Shown piece by piece: positions 35,175 to 46,867 of a stretch of DNA of 64,000 bases. The notes under the pieces were generated by a model. The model made no database searches, had not been told where the DNA came from, and was given only the letters and a program-made list of their open reading frames with translations. Every line of letters starts with the position of its first letter. Within the stretch, counting starts at the first letter, position 1. Source of the DNA: Atractiella rhizophila (Eukaryota); NCBI GenBank assembly GCA_021432655.1, contig MU271181.1, positions 201,189-265,188 on the forward strand. The letters run 5' to 3'. The translations under genes and the position numbers were made by a program.

Positions 35175-38100
35175 TAGGGATGGCTATCGGCTCGTATCGT
35201 AACGGATTTCACTATTCCGAGCGGCACGAGCATTAAGCCGTCCTCGTACCATGTCGGAGTGTCACTCAATTTATCAAAAACAGGCTAGTTCGACTGCAGA
35301 CCGCGTCATCTGTCCATAATACGGGTTATGTCCCAAGTGTTTTGCATTGTATCTCATTTTTCTCCTGCTACTCTATTTGGCTGCCTTCAAAACATCCCCT
35401 TCCAACGCTTTCAATTGCCTGTGAAGATCCCTAAGGTGAGCTCCCCTCTGCATCCGGAGTGCGGTCTTGAGAAGAATGAGATCACGAATGGTTTCGGCAT
35501 CCAAGCGACTGCGACGAATACCTAGAGTATCGCGTGCACCTGAGAAGATGTGCTCGACCCTAACAGCACAACCTGCCAGCTCTATTATTATAAAGGATAA
35601 CAAAAGAGAAAGAAAGCTCATCCGGAATTGACAAAATATCCTGAGCCAACCGTGAAAGGTTCGGGAGATCGTGAGTTGATTCGTATTTCCAGAAAGCCAA
35701 TGGATCAGAATCCCAAGGTAACACACTATGTCTAAATAAATGGTTAATCTCTTTTATGACAGGATCCTCACTAGCTCCAGGAGTAACCCCGTGCTGAAGG
35801 GAAGCAAGGAAAGCAGCTGTTAACTTCGGCTTTGCCTTTGTGGATTGTCTGGAGGGTTTTGAGCGGGGAGAAGTTGGCTCAGGAGGATTGACACATGTCT
35901 TATAGTAGTGATATCTGAAAAGAGCGATGAAATTCTCCTTGTGCTGCAAGACATCATCATGTTCACTATCAAAGACAGAAGAGTCAAGGAAAGCGACACC
36001 AAGACGAGGATCGCAAACTGTTCCGAAGTCAGACTCATTGCAGAGCAAGGGCAGAACAAAATGACATACTGATATCATAGATGTAATAAGGTGAAAGATC
36101 AGAGCGGTAGTGATACTCACTAAGCTTATAGTAACAGTCAAGCAAAGCTTGCCAGTACTCTTTCTGAACTGTCTTGTCCGTAAGACTTGAGATTTCCGTC
36201 TTCAGGTGTCCTAGGAGAGAATGGTAGACACCAAGAGTTTGCGAGAGGCAGGAGGACATGGTCATTGACATGTCGTAGGTTGCCTGCCGAAAAACTGCAA
36301 GCCATCTGCAGACCTGAATCCAGCTATTCAGTAATAGTATAGTTCTAAGAGATAACAAACCTGTTCAAATCGAATTCCACTCTTTTTCGCTGAGGTGCAG
36401 TGAACTCAGAAGCTCATGACGATCCAGATAAGCTTCAATGACATCCTTATAGCGAATTCCAAGGTCAAGCATGTCATGTGTTGATCCCCAGCGTGTTTGC
36501 ACGTCAAGGATCAACATACGAAGGGATTTTTCGGCTATGCTTTCAAATTGCTTGAGAGCATCTTCCAAAAGATCGAACCAGCTCTGCTGGCGCTGAGGAG
36601 ACCCATGTATATGCTTAATGATTGCTCGCACCTGCTCCTCTGATTAATGATAAGGAATGATAGAGCATAAGATATACCTTGGGGATTGCTCCTCTAATCT
36701 GCTCGAAATCTGTCTCCATTCCGTTCAGCTCTTCCTCGCCTAGTTTCCCTGCATCCATCTGTTCATTTGCTGGGTTCTCCGTGACACACTCCTGATAGTT
36801 GACGTCCCGTGAAAGTGATGTAACTTCTGTCGGATGCCCACTCATCGTATCCGTCCTCTCTTTCGCCTTCGTAGCTGACCGAGATTTGGCCATACATTGA
36901 GAAAGTCTAGGAGGGCGAGAACTGCAAGGTGAACGATATGGGGCATACAAAGAATGTGGTGCTCAGAAGCATCAAAGTCGATGCCTCGCTTCTTCATTCG
37001 TTGCTCAATCCCGGTCAGCATTGTTCGATTGTTTGAAGCTCCATCAGTGACAAAGCATCCAATCTGTACAACCGTTAACGAATATGCATGAAATATAATT
37101 AAAGCAGATACTTGATCAGCCACTCCATACTTATCAACTATTTTCATAATGACATCCGCCATGTTCTCCCCTGTATGTGGGCCAATGAGTTCTTCAAACC
37201 CGACACATACCTCATTCAAGTCCCACTTGCTATCAATGAAGTGTGCATTAACACAGAGGAATGCATAGTGATTTTCTGAAGTCCAGTTATTAAGTGAGAG
37301 ATGGATCTTGGTTCCAGTAGCCTTTCCTCATGCTTCAGTAGGCTGTTATGAAAGCGTCGAAGTACGCACCTTTAGATATCTAGCCATTTCTTCTGTAGTT
37401 TTCAAAGCAACCTTACATATACGCTCCTTCAGAACCTTTCGGCTTGGTATTTCAAACTTCTTGTCACTATTCTCTTCTTCCGAAAAGCGGAGTCCTCCGT
37501 TTTCAGTATCAGAAATTTCAATCTTGGAGGCGTGTCCACCGAAGATATATTAGATGTTCCTGAAGGATGGACTTTCTACAATGCTGAATGGAAGGTCTTC
37601 TTCGACAACAAAGCGAGTAAGGAGGTCCTCGAAGATAGTAGAATTACAACCCTATGTATCATATGGTCAGCACCTACCGATTTCTGAAAGAGCCACAAAC
37701 CTGTGAGCCATACTTCTTTGCTACTTGTCGCAGGATGTCATCGATTCCTTGGCCCTTTCTTGCAGCTCTGGATCCATCTTTCGAATCAATCTAGATGGAA
37801 TTTCAGGTGTACAGGAGAACTTTAAATGAATGACTTTGCAATCAAAGGGATGAACTGGTATTATGCCTGCTGCCTTCTGCATCTCCTCCTCTGTGATCGC
37901 CATCTCCTTGTCCTGCTTTTCCTTCAAAAAGCTGAAGAACGACCTGATTGAGCGCCCATGATTTTCCATGTGATTACGGAGAGTCCTTGTATTGCCATTG
38001 CTGGCAGCTGAAGAACGAATGACTCTAGGGCAATGATTGCACTTAAAGTACTTATCGCCTTCTTTATGCTTCGGTTTGAGATATCCAGGAACATCCTCCC

Positions 38101-39508
38101 ATTTTTAAGGAATGGTAGAAGTAATAGACAACTGCACGGCGGTGACTGTAGGTGACTGCTAAACCCTGTGCTTCCATCGATCAGTATTTTGACAGCAATG
38201 CAGCGTACATACAATGTCTTCAGTTGCCTTTGGTTAGCGCCCCGGAAAGTTGACTTTGCAACAATGGAGCCATCAGAATGAAGCTGTCCACAATTTAGCT
38301 ATCATGAGATGTTTCACAGGCACATCATGTAGAGCGCACCTTTCTCCACTTGTTGTCCTTCTTTGAGCCATCAATTTTCAATGGTAATATCTCTGCAATC
38401 TCAGCTGCCTCGATATCAATGGGGTCAGGCTCCAACTTTGCATCCTCCTTCTCCTCTTGGTGTTGATCCTTCTCATTGAGTGTGAAAGCTCCATCTGGTC
38501 CTATCGGATCAACGAGACCTTCAGGCAGAAGAATAGCGTGGATGTGGTCTGCGACTGCACATAGATATGCTTTACGAGCACGGAGAATGACTTCAGGAAC
38601 CGAAGAGGGGGACGTTTGAAGCTCCTTCCACAGAGTAGCAAACGCTTTCAGACCATCTTGATATTCGACATCGTTGACAGATGAAGGGCGCCATCCTGAG
38701 AGAGCAGCATGGAACGGGTCGTCATTGTCTTCAGATTGAGATTCCACTTGAGCAAGAAGAGACGTCGCTTTAAGGTAAAGAGGCTACTGTTGCTATCCCT
38801 TGCATGTTACACTGTTCTCCACATAAAGTGTGAGAACGTACCGCATTAGCGATGCACGGCATGCTCCCATTTGCAGTGATAAGAGTCTTGAGACAAGCAT
38901 AGCCAGGTATGTCTGTCAACCTTGACACTAGTCAGTCACCCATGGACAGACTTTGTAAGAACTCACTCCGCCTCCAACCCTTGCTTCCTCTGCATCTCAC
39001 TCAAAGCAGTTCCATCCTCATTATTCCATTTAACCATATCCCTCAGCTTACGTTGCCTTTGAGGTCTCTTCTGCCGGTCTTCCTGAGGAACCATGATTGC
39101 TATGCGAAAGCGAAAGGGAAAGTCCGAAGAACTTGTCTGATCAGAGCTGAAAGGAAGGCACATTTTATAGACCGGGTCGTGGTGTCAGATCGACCAAGGA
39201 GAGTGAAGCATGAAGGCCTTCGAGAAGGTTTCAGGTGCAGTTTCGAGTATGGCTCGCGCCGCTTGCAGAATAATTTGAGATGTCGTTTTGACACAAGTGA
39301 ACAGGGAATGCGAAATACAAACTCATGGCTGTAGAACTAGACTCCATCATGGATTCCGCAGTATCAAGTCGATCCAAGCCGGACGGCACAGGAAGGCAGA
39401 CGTATCGTATCGTATCGGTGCTAGAATGGTGGGAGAGTTGGACGGTCGGGTACGGAAACACGTATCGTTCACGTACGGCAGAAAATTACGATCCGATAGC
39501 CATCCCTA
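35175..39508 (-). mobile_element. Full-length hAT transposon (4334 bp) with inactivated spliced transposase (~38747 to 35373)
   Basis: 15-bp TIRs TAGGGATGGCTATCG; flanking duplication GAAGATGAA; BED-like finger (FKCNHC..TLRNHMENH), PHTGENMA, TDGASNN, CMPHIVHLAV, LDVQTRWGST, LSRLAQDILSIP, VEHIFSGARD. Confidence 0.93.
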
Positions 39509-40099
39509 GAAGATGAACGGGATGTGGACGATAGATTCTGGTAGGTCAGGAATGGTACTAACTGACATTAAACAACTGAAGGGGAGTGGGAATATTAGGG
39601 TTAGTGTAGTTTTCCTCCAGCTGAATCAAAGAAAAGGATGTGTCAACCTGACTGCTGCTCAGGTTATGTCCATGAGTACTCCTGCTCCAAACTTGGCGCA
39701 AAAAGCTCGACTGCCTCCTCTCTTGTGCCATGAACAACTTCCTTGGGAGTCTGATCCTCTCTAGTTTAGAAGAATGAAGAATCGATGAAGCACCTTCCAA
39801 GCCTTTCCCACATGGCTTGTGATGTCTTTTCTATTCCAGATATGTCCATACATCATACACACAGAGGAAACAAGTTGGATAAAATGAATGTCCATTGCTG
39901 ATAGCGCAGTTGCAGTGGAGCACATTTCTCTAGTGCTCCCAATACAATTGAAATATGAATGGCTCATATGGACCCAGAGTCCATCCCCTAATTTTCCTCA
40001 AAGTCTCTGTTGGGAGGGAGTGGGAGAACAAGTTGGCCGCCCATATAAAAGAGAGATGGAGGTAGTCATGAATAGTAATGTGAATGGAAAAGGATAGTG

Positions 40100-40300
40100 T
40101 ATTTCTGCGAAGTGTTTTTCCAACACAGCGTACCTTTCTTTGACCCTCATCCAAAACCGTCCGTACTGTCACGACCCATCTCATCCTTCGAACTGCCCCA
40201 CCCCAACATTCCAGGACGATATGACGCGACAGGACGAGGACGAAAAAAAACATCGTCCGGCCCGACGATGCAAAAGCCAGCTGGACGATAGCCATCCCTA
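40100..40300. mobile_element. Orphan end of the same hAT family
   Basis: CGATAGCCATCCCTA at 40286-40300 preceded by ACGA/CCGT-rich subterminal sequence; no partner TIR seen. Confidence 0.75.
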
Positions 40301-41351
40301 CTTCAAAGTGCCATTTAAATATTTGTGGAAGAGGTGACATGAGATTCGACTGTATGACTGTGGGGATGAAGGCTGTCGGCTTCCTCGATCAAATATTACG
40401 CATCGATTAAGCCCGTGTGGCGCAAGAATAAATTCAGACTCCTGGGCTGAAAGTTCTGGACTATCAGTGAATTAAGGCTTGCACCAAGCGAAAGAGCCCG
40501 GGATTAGGACAACCCAGGAGTGTGCAGGGAGTAGGGACTGACAATGTGATGAGTTAGGATTGATGCCTGGGAAGGACTATCACGAAAACTTTGGATCCTC
40601 TCATTGGTCATGTTCAACCTACATGCAACGATGAATCAAGAACTTTCCCAGCAGAGAAAGGAAGGGAAATCCTTATATCCTTGCTTTACAGTACTAGGAG
40701 GTTCAAAACCTTAATCCTCCAGGGGTCGACGTCGATACTGCGGAATCCATGATGGAGTCTGGTTCTACAGCCATGTAAGTTCGGTTACAGAGATCTGATT
40801 TAACTTGAGTTCTGTCGTCTGTCGTTGTCATGGAATCATCATTTAGCATTCAATGCACGATGCTACACTCCTGTCCCGTAACGTCATTCTTAATCCCGGC
40901 GAACAAGTTTATCTTTGGAGTTCGCGGCGTTGTGTGATCTGTTCTGTCGGCATCTTGAGAGAATGGCATGGTGCAGGTGAAGGTGTGTCTGTTCGTGTTT
41001 TTCCTTTTCGGGGACACAAATTGACCTGAATTCAGCATTTCGTCGCCCCTCTCATTGAATTGAATTGCAGAAATACTTCACACCAAGGAGCAGAGTGTGC
41101 GAGTGTCCAGTGCAGTGCTCTCCAGCATCTTCCCAATCATCAGTCATCTGTATTTTCGGTTGAAAGGGGATTTTTCTGTGGAAATTATACCATTGTCATT
41201 CATCATTCAGACGCTTTTGCTTCGTGCGTTCAATTCTTAGATATTACATCAAAGAAACAGAGAAATTGAAAGGTTGATTGTTGATTGATCAACATCCGGA
41301 TCTAAAGGAAGTAATTAGTGCAACTTCAGCGGCACCAGAAATCAAACGTGC

Positions 41352-41837
41352 TTAAGCAATCTCGATACTCCTTGAACCTTCCTTCTTCAGCCTCTTCGGT
41401 ACTTCCACCTCCAGAATACCGTTTTCATACTTTGCGGACACTTTCTCCGTATCGACTGGCGTTGGGAACCTCACCGACCTGGCGAAAGATCCTTCAAAGC
41501 GTTCGGAATGCCAGATATTCGTATTCGTATTTCGCTTCTCAACCACCTTCTCATTTCCTGCTCCTTCCCTTGGATCTTCAGGCTTGAATTCTTTCGTCTT
41601 CACGATCTTCCCGCTAAGTGTGAGGACCTCTCCACCATCACCACCGAACTCGAGTTTTAGGTCTTCCTTCAGAGCTCCGGCGACCTCGGCTTGAACAACG
41701 TATTTGTCTCCTTCTTCGTGAACGTCAATTGCTGGTCTCGGTAGTTGAGACAGCTGCGAGAATTCGGGGACGTCGAATGCTCGGCTGTAGAAAGGAGAGC
41801 GGCGGAGCTCAGGGAAGAGGTTTTGGATGAGCGACAT
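41352..41837 (-). CDS. Small heat shock protein (Hsp20 / alpha-crystallin domain)
   Basis: PAIDVHEEGDKYVVQAEVAG, SERFEGSFARSVRFP, VSAKYENGILEVEVPK; intact 161-aa ORF. Confidence 0.96.
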   Translation of the reverse strand: MSLIQNLFPELRRSPFYSRAFDVPEFSQLSQLPRPAIDVHEEGDKYVVQAEVAGALKEDLKLEFGGDGGEVLTLSGKIVKTKEFKPEDPREGAGNEKVVEKRNTNTNIWHSERFEGSFARSVRFPTPVDTEKVSAKYENGILEVEVPKRLKKEGSRSIEIA

Positions 41838-43553
41838 TGTTGGAGTTGTTGCTTTGTGGTTGGTGTTGTAGGGCTCTTTTACATAGGATGATGTGAAAAG
41901 ACCAGTTTATATACCTTTGCGAGTCCAGCCTCTTGAGACGTCAGCCAGGGTCAAATGCGTCATAAGCGAAGTTTCTGGACTTTTCCTCCCGACTGAATTC
42001 ATTTTTCCAGAATCACACCGCCATCGTCGATCGTCTTTTTTCATTCGGCTCTGGCCGGTATTTAGGCACACAATCTATTACGTCCTGGCACGACTGAAAT
42101 CTTGATTGGCGCATCGTGACCTCACCTTGCAGTATTAACGGTTGAAAAATACACTAAACGACAATTATGACATCTCGGGTACTTTGAATCTTCCAATAAT
42201 GCAAAAATAAACCGAATTGGTTGATCTCTAGATGGCTACGATCTCCAAGAGTCATTTGCAAAATTTGTGTTGTTGGCGTCATTAGGGCTCTTCCCCGTCG
42301 ACCGTCTATGCGGTGATGAAGAGCCCTAGTTGTCATCAACTTCACCTGCCCGCAGGCACCATGTGCTCAACTCGCGTTTACCTGAATTTGATTTTCATCG
42401 ACTATTGTTTAATATTTTCTATATGATTTTCGTCTTAATTCATTTTGCTTGAAAGGAGGAGTCGTCAACTCAACCACAACCTCTCGAACATATATGGGTG
42501 GATATTCGGGTATAGAAGTTGACCATCCTTTTCATTTTCCTTCACACCTCTTGCAATGAGAGCACCTGTACTCCATCTTGTTTAATTCTTCCTGCATTTG
42601 TTCCTTCTTCAACTTTAAATTGTCGATCACAAATTTGAGATCTTCGTTTTGTGCGTGGAGCTCCTGCACTTCTGCACTCGCCAAAATGGGCTTCTAGAGT
42701 TGGTTGTCATGTTTGGATGGAGGCTGCTTACGAGCCGTCAGGTTTTACACCCAGACTTTTTTCCTCAAACGAGACTTACTCACGCTTATTCGATTTTTGT
42801 GGCTTCTTTCTTCCGGTGTTTCTGTGAGTTTAAGCGGAAGCTTTTTCGATCAGGGCATTTTCCTCCTTCATTTGAACTAGGGTCGATTTCTTCGGACGTC
42901 ACTCCCTTCGTCCAGCTGAACTGTCATCCCGTGCCCTATCTTGAACACTGTGCACAGATGATGTGTTGATTGTCTAGGAAGAGGGAGGTGTGGAGTGAAA
43001 GCAGTCCACGACGCATCGACCTGATATATGATTCTGGGAGGATAAGGATTGTAGAAATGAAGTGGAGGCATGTTCAGCTGCTGAACCTCTTTAGTTTTGG
43101 AACATTATCACTTTTAGACACAAACCAAAGAGCAAGGGTTGGTTCCCTCGTTCAGCTTGTCTTGAGAATCCACCTAATACATGGGGGGACTGTTATGAGC
43201 CTATTGCGGTCTCTCGTTCAACGTTTGTTGCTGGGTCGACATTTCCAATAACTGACTGTCAAAATGCTAATTGTCGAAGGATTGCTCACAGTGGATGTGA
43301 GAATGAAATGGAGGAATGAAGGAAGGTGATAAAGGGTTTCCGATGGTGCTTGTGGAACGTGTGTGCGTGCACGAATCCTCGTCGCGAACACGAACACGGT
43401 GTGAGGGCCTTTCTCGGCGCCTTCAGCTTACTATGAACGAAATAGAAGGAAAAAGAGAATGTTGTTGTGCACCGAAAGAGCCTTCAGGTAGCGCTATAGC
43501 GTATTAGTTTGAGATGGTGACCCCAGAATCGAGTGGCTGGTGCTGATCAACCC

Positions 43554-43985
43554 AAAGTCCAGTTGCAGGCACAACGCTACTCAAGGTGTAGACTAGAGCC
43601 CGCTATCTAGTAGCTAGGCTCCACCTTTTGAGGAGAGCGATATCCTAGAATTTGTGGAATCCCCTCGCAAGTGAACACGGTGGATTGGGAGGAGGGGTCG
43701 CAAGTGACTACAGTTGCGAGCAAATGCCGATCACAAAGCGTGAACCTGAAAGGATTGAGAGTGAAACCCCCAAAATTCAAGCATCTCAATTTCAAAAGTC
43801 CAGTTGCAGGCACAACCTGCTCAAGTTAAAGTTGTAGGCTAGCAGGGCGAGCCCGCTATCTGGCAGCGAGGCTCCACCGTTGAGGAGATGTTGTGTAAGA
43901 TCTTGGCAAGTGACGACGATTGCGAGCAAATGACGACCGTGAAGCGTGAGCCCGAGTGAAACCCCCAAAATTCAGCATCTCAATC
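43554..43985. repeat. Diverged tandem duplication, ~200-250 bp unit
   Basis: Blocks AAAGTCCAGTTGCAGGCACAAC, GAGCCCGCTATCT, TTGCGAGCAAATG and GAGTGAAACCCCCAAAATTCA each occur twice in the same order. Confidence 0.75.
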
Positions 43986-45959
43986 TGGGTTCGACAAAAA
44001 TGTATTTGTAACATTCCAAAATTGCATCTCAGTCCGCTTTCATCACATTCGGCGAGCACATTTGATGACCTTTTTGCACCTTCTCAGCAATGACGTTGGA
44101 CTCAAGTCGTAGACCCAGAAACGTCCAGCATCAGTTGGAGGCGAGCCTTTCTTTGCCATAGTATCAGGCTCCCTCCAACGAAGTAAGGATTGACAGAAGA
44201 GAAAGGAGTAGCTGGGAAGTCCTTACCCGTCCAACAGAGAATGAAAAACATCGCGACACTCGCCTCTGACGCTGGTGCAAGACCGGGAAAGCAAAAGTAG
44301 GCTAAGGTGAGGTCATCTCTGGAATCCCGATCTCTGGTTCGTATTCCAACTTCGGGGCACGATCCAAAGCCATCCGTCTTTGTGCCCAACCGCCCAACCG
44401 TCACATCCTCCAGTGCGTCACCGACTGCAGGTCTGACAAAAAAGAGAGATCCAAACGGCCGGGATCGCTGGGGTGGTTGCCAACAAGACGGGAATATCCA
44501 AACTGTCGGGTTCGGCACGGTTTCGTTTTAAAAAGGCTGCAGTCCCGAAGAAAGTCAGAAGTCAGTGCAGTCAACGAAGCTTCGAGTTTCGAGTTCTCCC
44601 AGTCCTCTGGAAGCGTTTAGCAACAAGCAAGCAGACCACAGGAACAGTAATGGCGTCGTTTGGATTGGGAGCTACGTGAGTGTTTATCCCTATTACCTTT
44701 CTTTTGTGGCTTTTCATTGCATTGCTGACTGTGGTCGCACGGGTTGCAGAAAGAAATTCTTCGTTAGCCTCTCGAAGCCCCAAGAAAATGAGTATTATTG
44801 TCCTTTCTGTGCGTCATCTTCCCCTCCTTGCTTCCTTCACTCATTTAACGAAATGAAAATGAAATGCTGAATCGGTGGTGTGATAGGCGGGAAGAGGTAT
44901 TATACCATCGAAAACTTCAATCGTCACATGGCGAAGTGCAATGGGCCCATCCAGTAATCTCACCATCTCTCCCATCGCTTCATAAAGAACTCCCTCCCTC
45001 CTTCCCTCATTCTTCGATTGGCTCTCTACCAACTCATCTCACCTCACAAGCCTCAGATTCATCGCATCTCAATGTAACTGTCGCAGACACACGCCTTAAC
45101 GACTTCTCCTAACCATAACTACCCATTCATTCCATTTGATATCTTACATTCAACTTCTTAATCTCTTCGTACATATTCGCCATCCCGTTTTCAGTCGTTG
45201 TAATAGTAATATGTGAGCCTCCATGGTTTAAACTCCTTCGATTGTTCGATCTGTTCCACTTTGATCTGTGTAATGAGTTACTTGAAGTAATGGGTTTGAT
45301 TTCGTCTAGCTACAGTTACCACGGAAGGAAGAAGGCAGAAGATGTGATCGATTACTTAGCTAGCGATATCGAAAACTAAGTCTTCTTACCCTCACATCCT
45401 TGCTGTGTCTGTGTTCCTTGGTTCCTAAAGCAAAGCCCTGCATGTCATGCCAGGATTTTCCTTTCCCAGCATTAAGCACAATAAATCCAATTCCATCCAC
45501 AACAATCCATAACACCCAGGCTACCCTCTCACAACGAGAACATCAACAGAAGCTTGAGATCCTAAGCGTCTATTGCAATAGATCAGAATTGATCCATATG
45601 GCCTATGGTGCAGGACGGGCAAAATGGTCGCCCCGAGGGTTTTGGGCTCAATTTCGGGGAGATTTGCGCCACATCAGGCTGCAAACACGAAAGTGGTCGA
45701 CCTAGAGCTCGAATATTCTCGAATGCAAAAATGTAGTAATGATTAACGATTCATCTTGAATACAATTTAGACTGATCCAGTGTCTACGAAATGGAATGTG
45801 TCTGTCTCTGAAGCAAAAAAAAATAAAATAAAAGATATAGGTATGTGGAAACTTGAAATGTAATCGCTCCTTCCGACATCAACACCCAATGTGTTTCCCT
45901 GTTAAGTAGCTTGAACGTAACGTATGTGATGCTGTTGTTGCCCTGTATAACATGTGATA

Positions 45960-46615
45960 ACGATGAGCGATGAGTGAAAAAAGCGGAGCAAACAATGCTT
46001 ACCTTCATATATCAAAAATACAATTCGCTATTACTTCACCATTATCCATCACATTTTAGGAGTGAGTGGGAATGCAAGACCTGAGAGCCAGCTACATCGA
46101 TGTATAATTCGTAGTAAGAATGAGCTAATATCAAAAAATCGGAGGAAAATACATACCTCATATATATCAAAAAATGCGATCCCCCATTGCTTCGCCATTA
46201 TTCATCATATTTAGACGTAAGCAGCGTGAATGGGAGGCCTGTGATGTAACTTCAATGACGTCTAATGTGTATTGAGAATGAGCAAATATTAAAAAAGCGG
46301 AGGACAAAATAAGCACATCATATATATCAAAACATGTAATTCCCCATTGCTTCACCATTATCCATCGTATTTAGACGTGAGTGCGGCAAGTGATGGGACT
46401 GAGGGCTAGATATTACTACTTATAATGCGTAATAAGATTGAGCGAACATCAAAAAAAAGCGAAGGAAAAAATACACACCCTATGTATGTCAAAGATAAGA
46501 TTCCCTATTACTTCGCCATTATCATTGTATCTCAGGCGGGAGTACGTCGAATGCAAGGCCTGAGAGCTAGCTATCATGACGTATAAGGCTTATTTGCATT
46601 GAGGGGATATTAACA
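45960..46615. repeat. AT-rich diverged tandem repeat, ~155-163 bp unit, about four copies
   Basis: Recurring TATATCAAAA..ATTRCTTCRCCATTAT and AAAAAAGCGGAG motifs near 46010, 46165, 46325 and 46485. Confidence 0.8.
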
Positions 46616-46867
46616 AAGCAGGGCATCAACTCACATTATATACATTGTCCGGCTCCGCAACAGTGCATTCAGTCCTCTTGTAACTGCAGTTGTAATTGAT
46701 CAAATAAAAGCTCAGAATTTGACTTTGTTTTATAATACTTGTTGTGATCTTTATAAAAAATTTCAAAAGGGAGGCTGGTGGATTATATGTCCCAGACTGA
46801 AAATACAAAAGATATCCATTTGTATGTGACCACTCACTAAGTGAACCACTGCTTTCTCTTCCCCACT

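Noticed and set aside
44505..44525. CGGGTTCGGCACGGT as the missing end of the 18180 hAT
   Set aside because: Lacks the terminal CCCTA and a TSD and is 26 kb away; at most a separate remnant.
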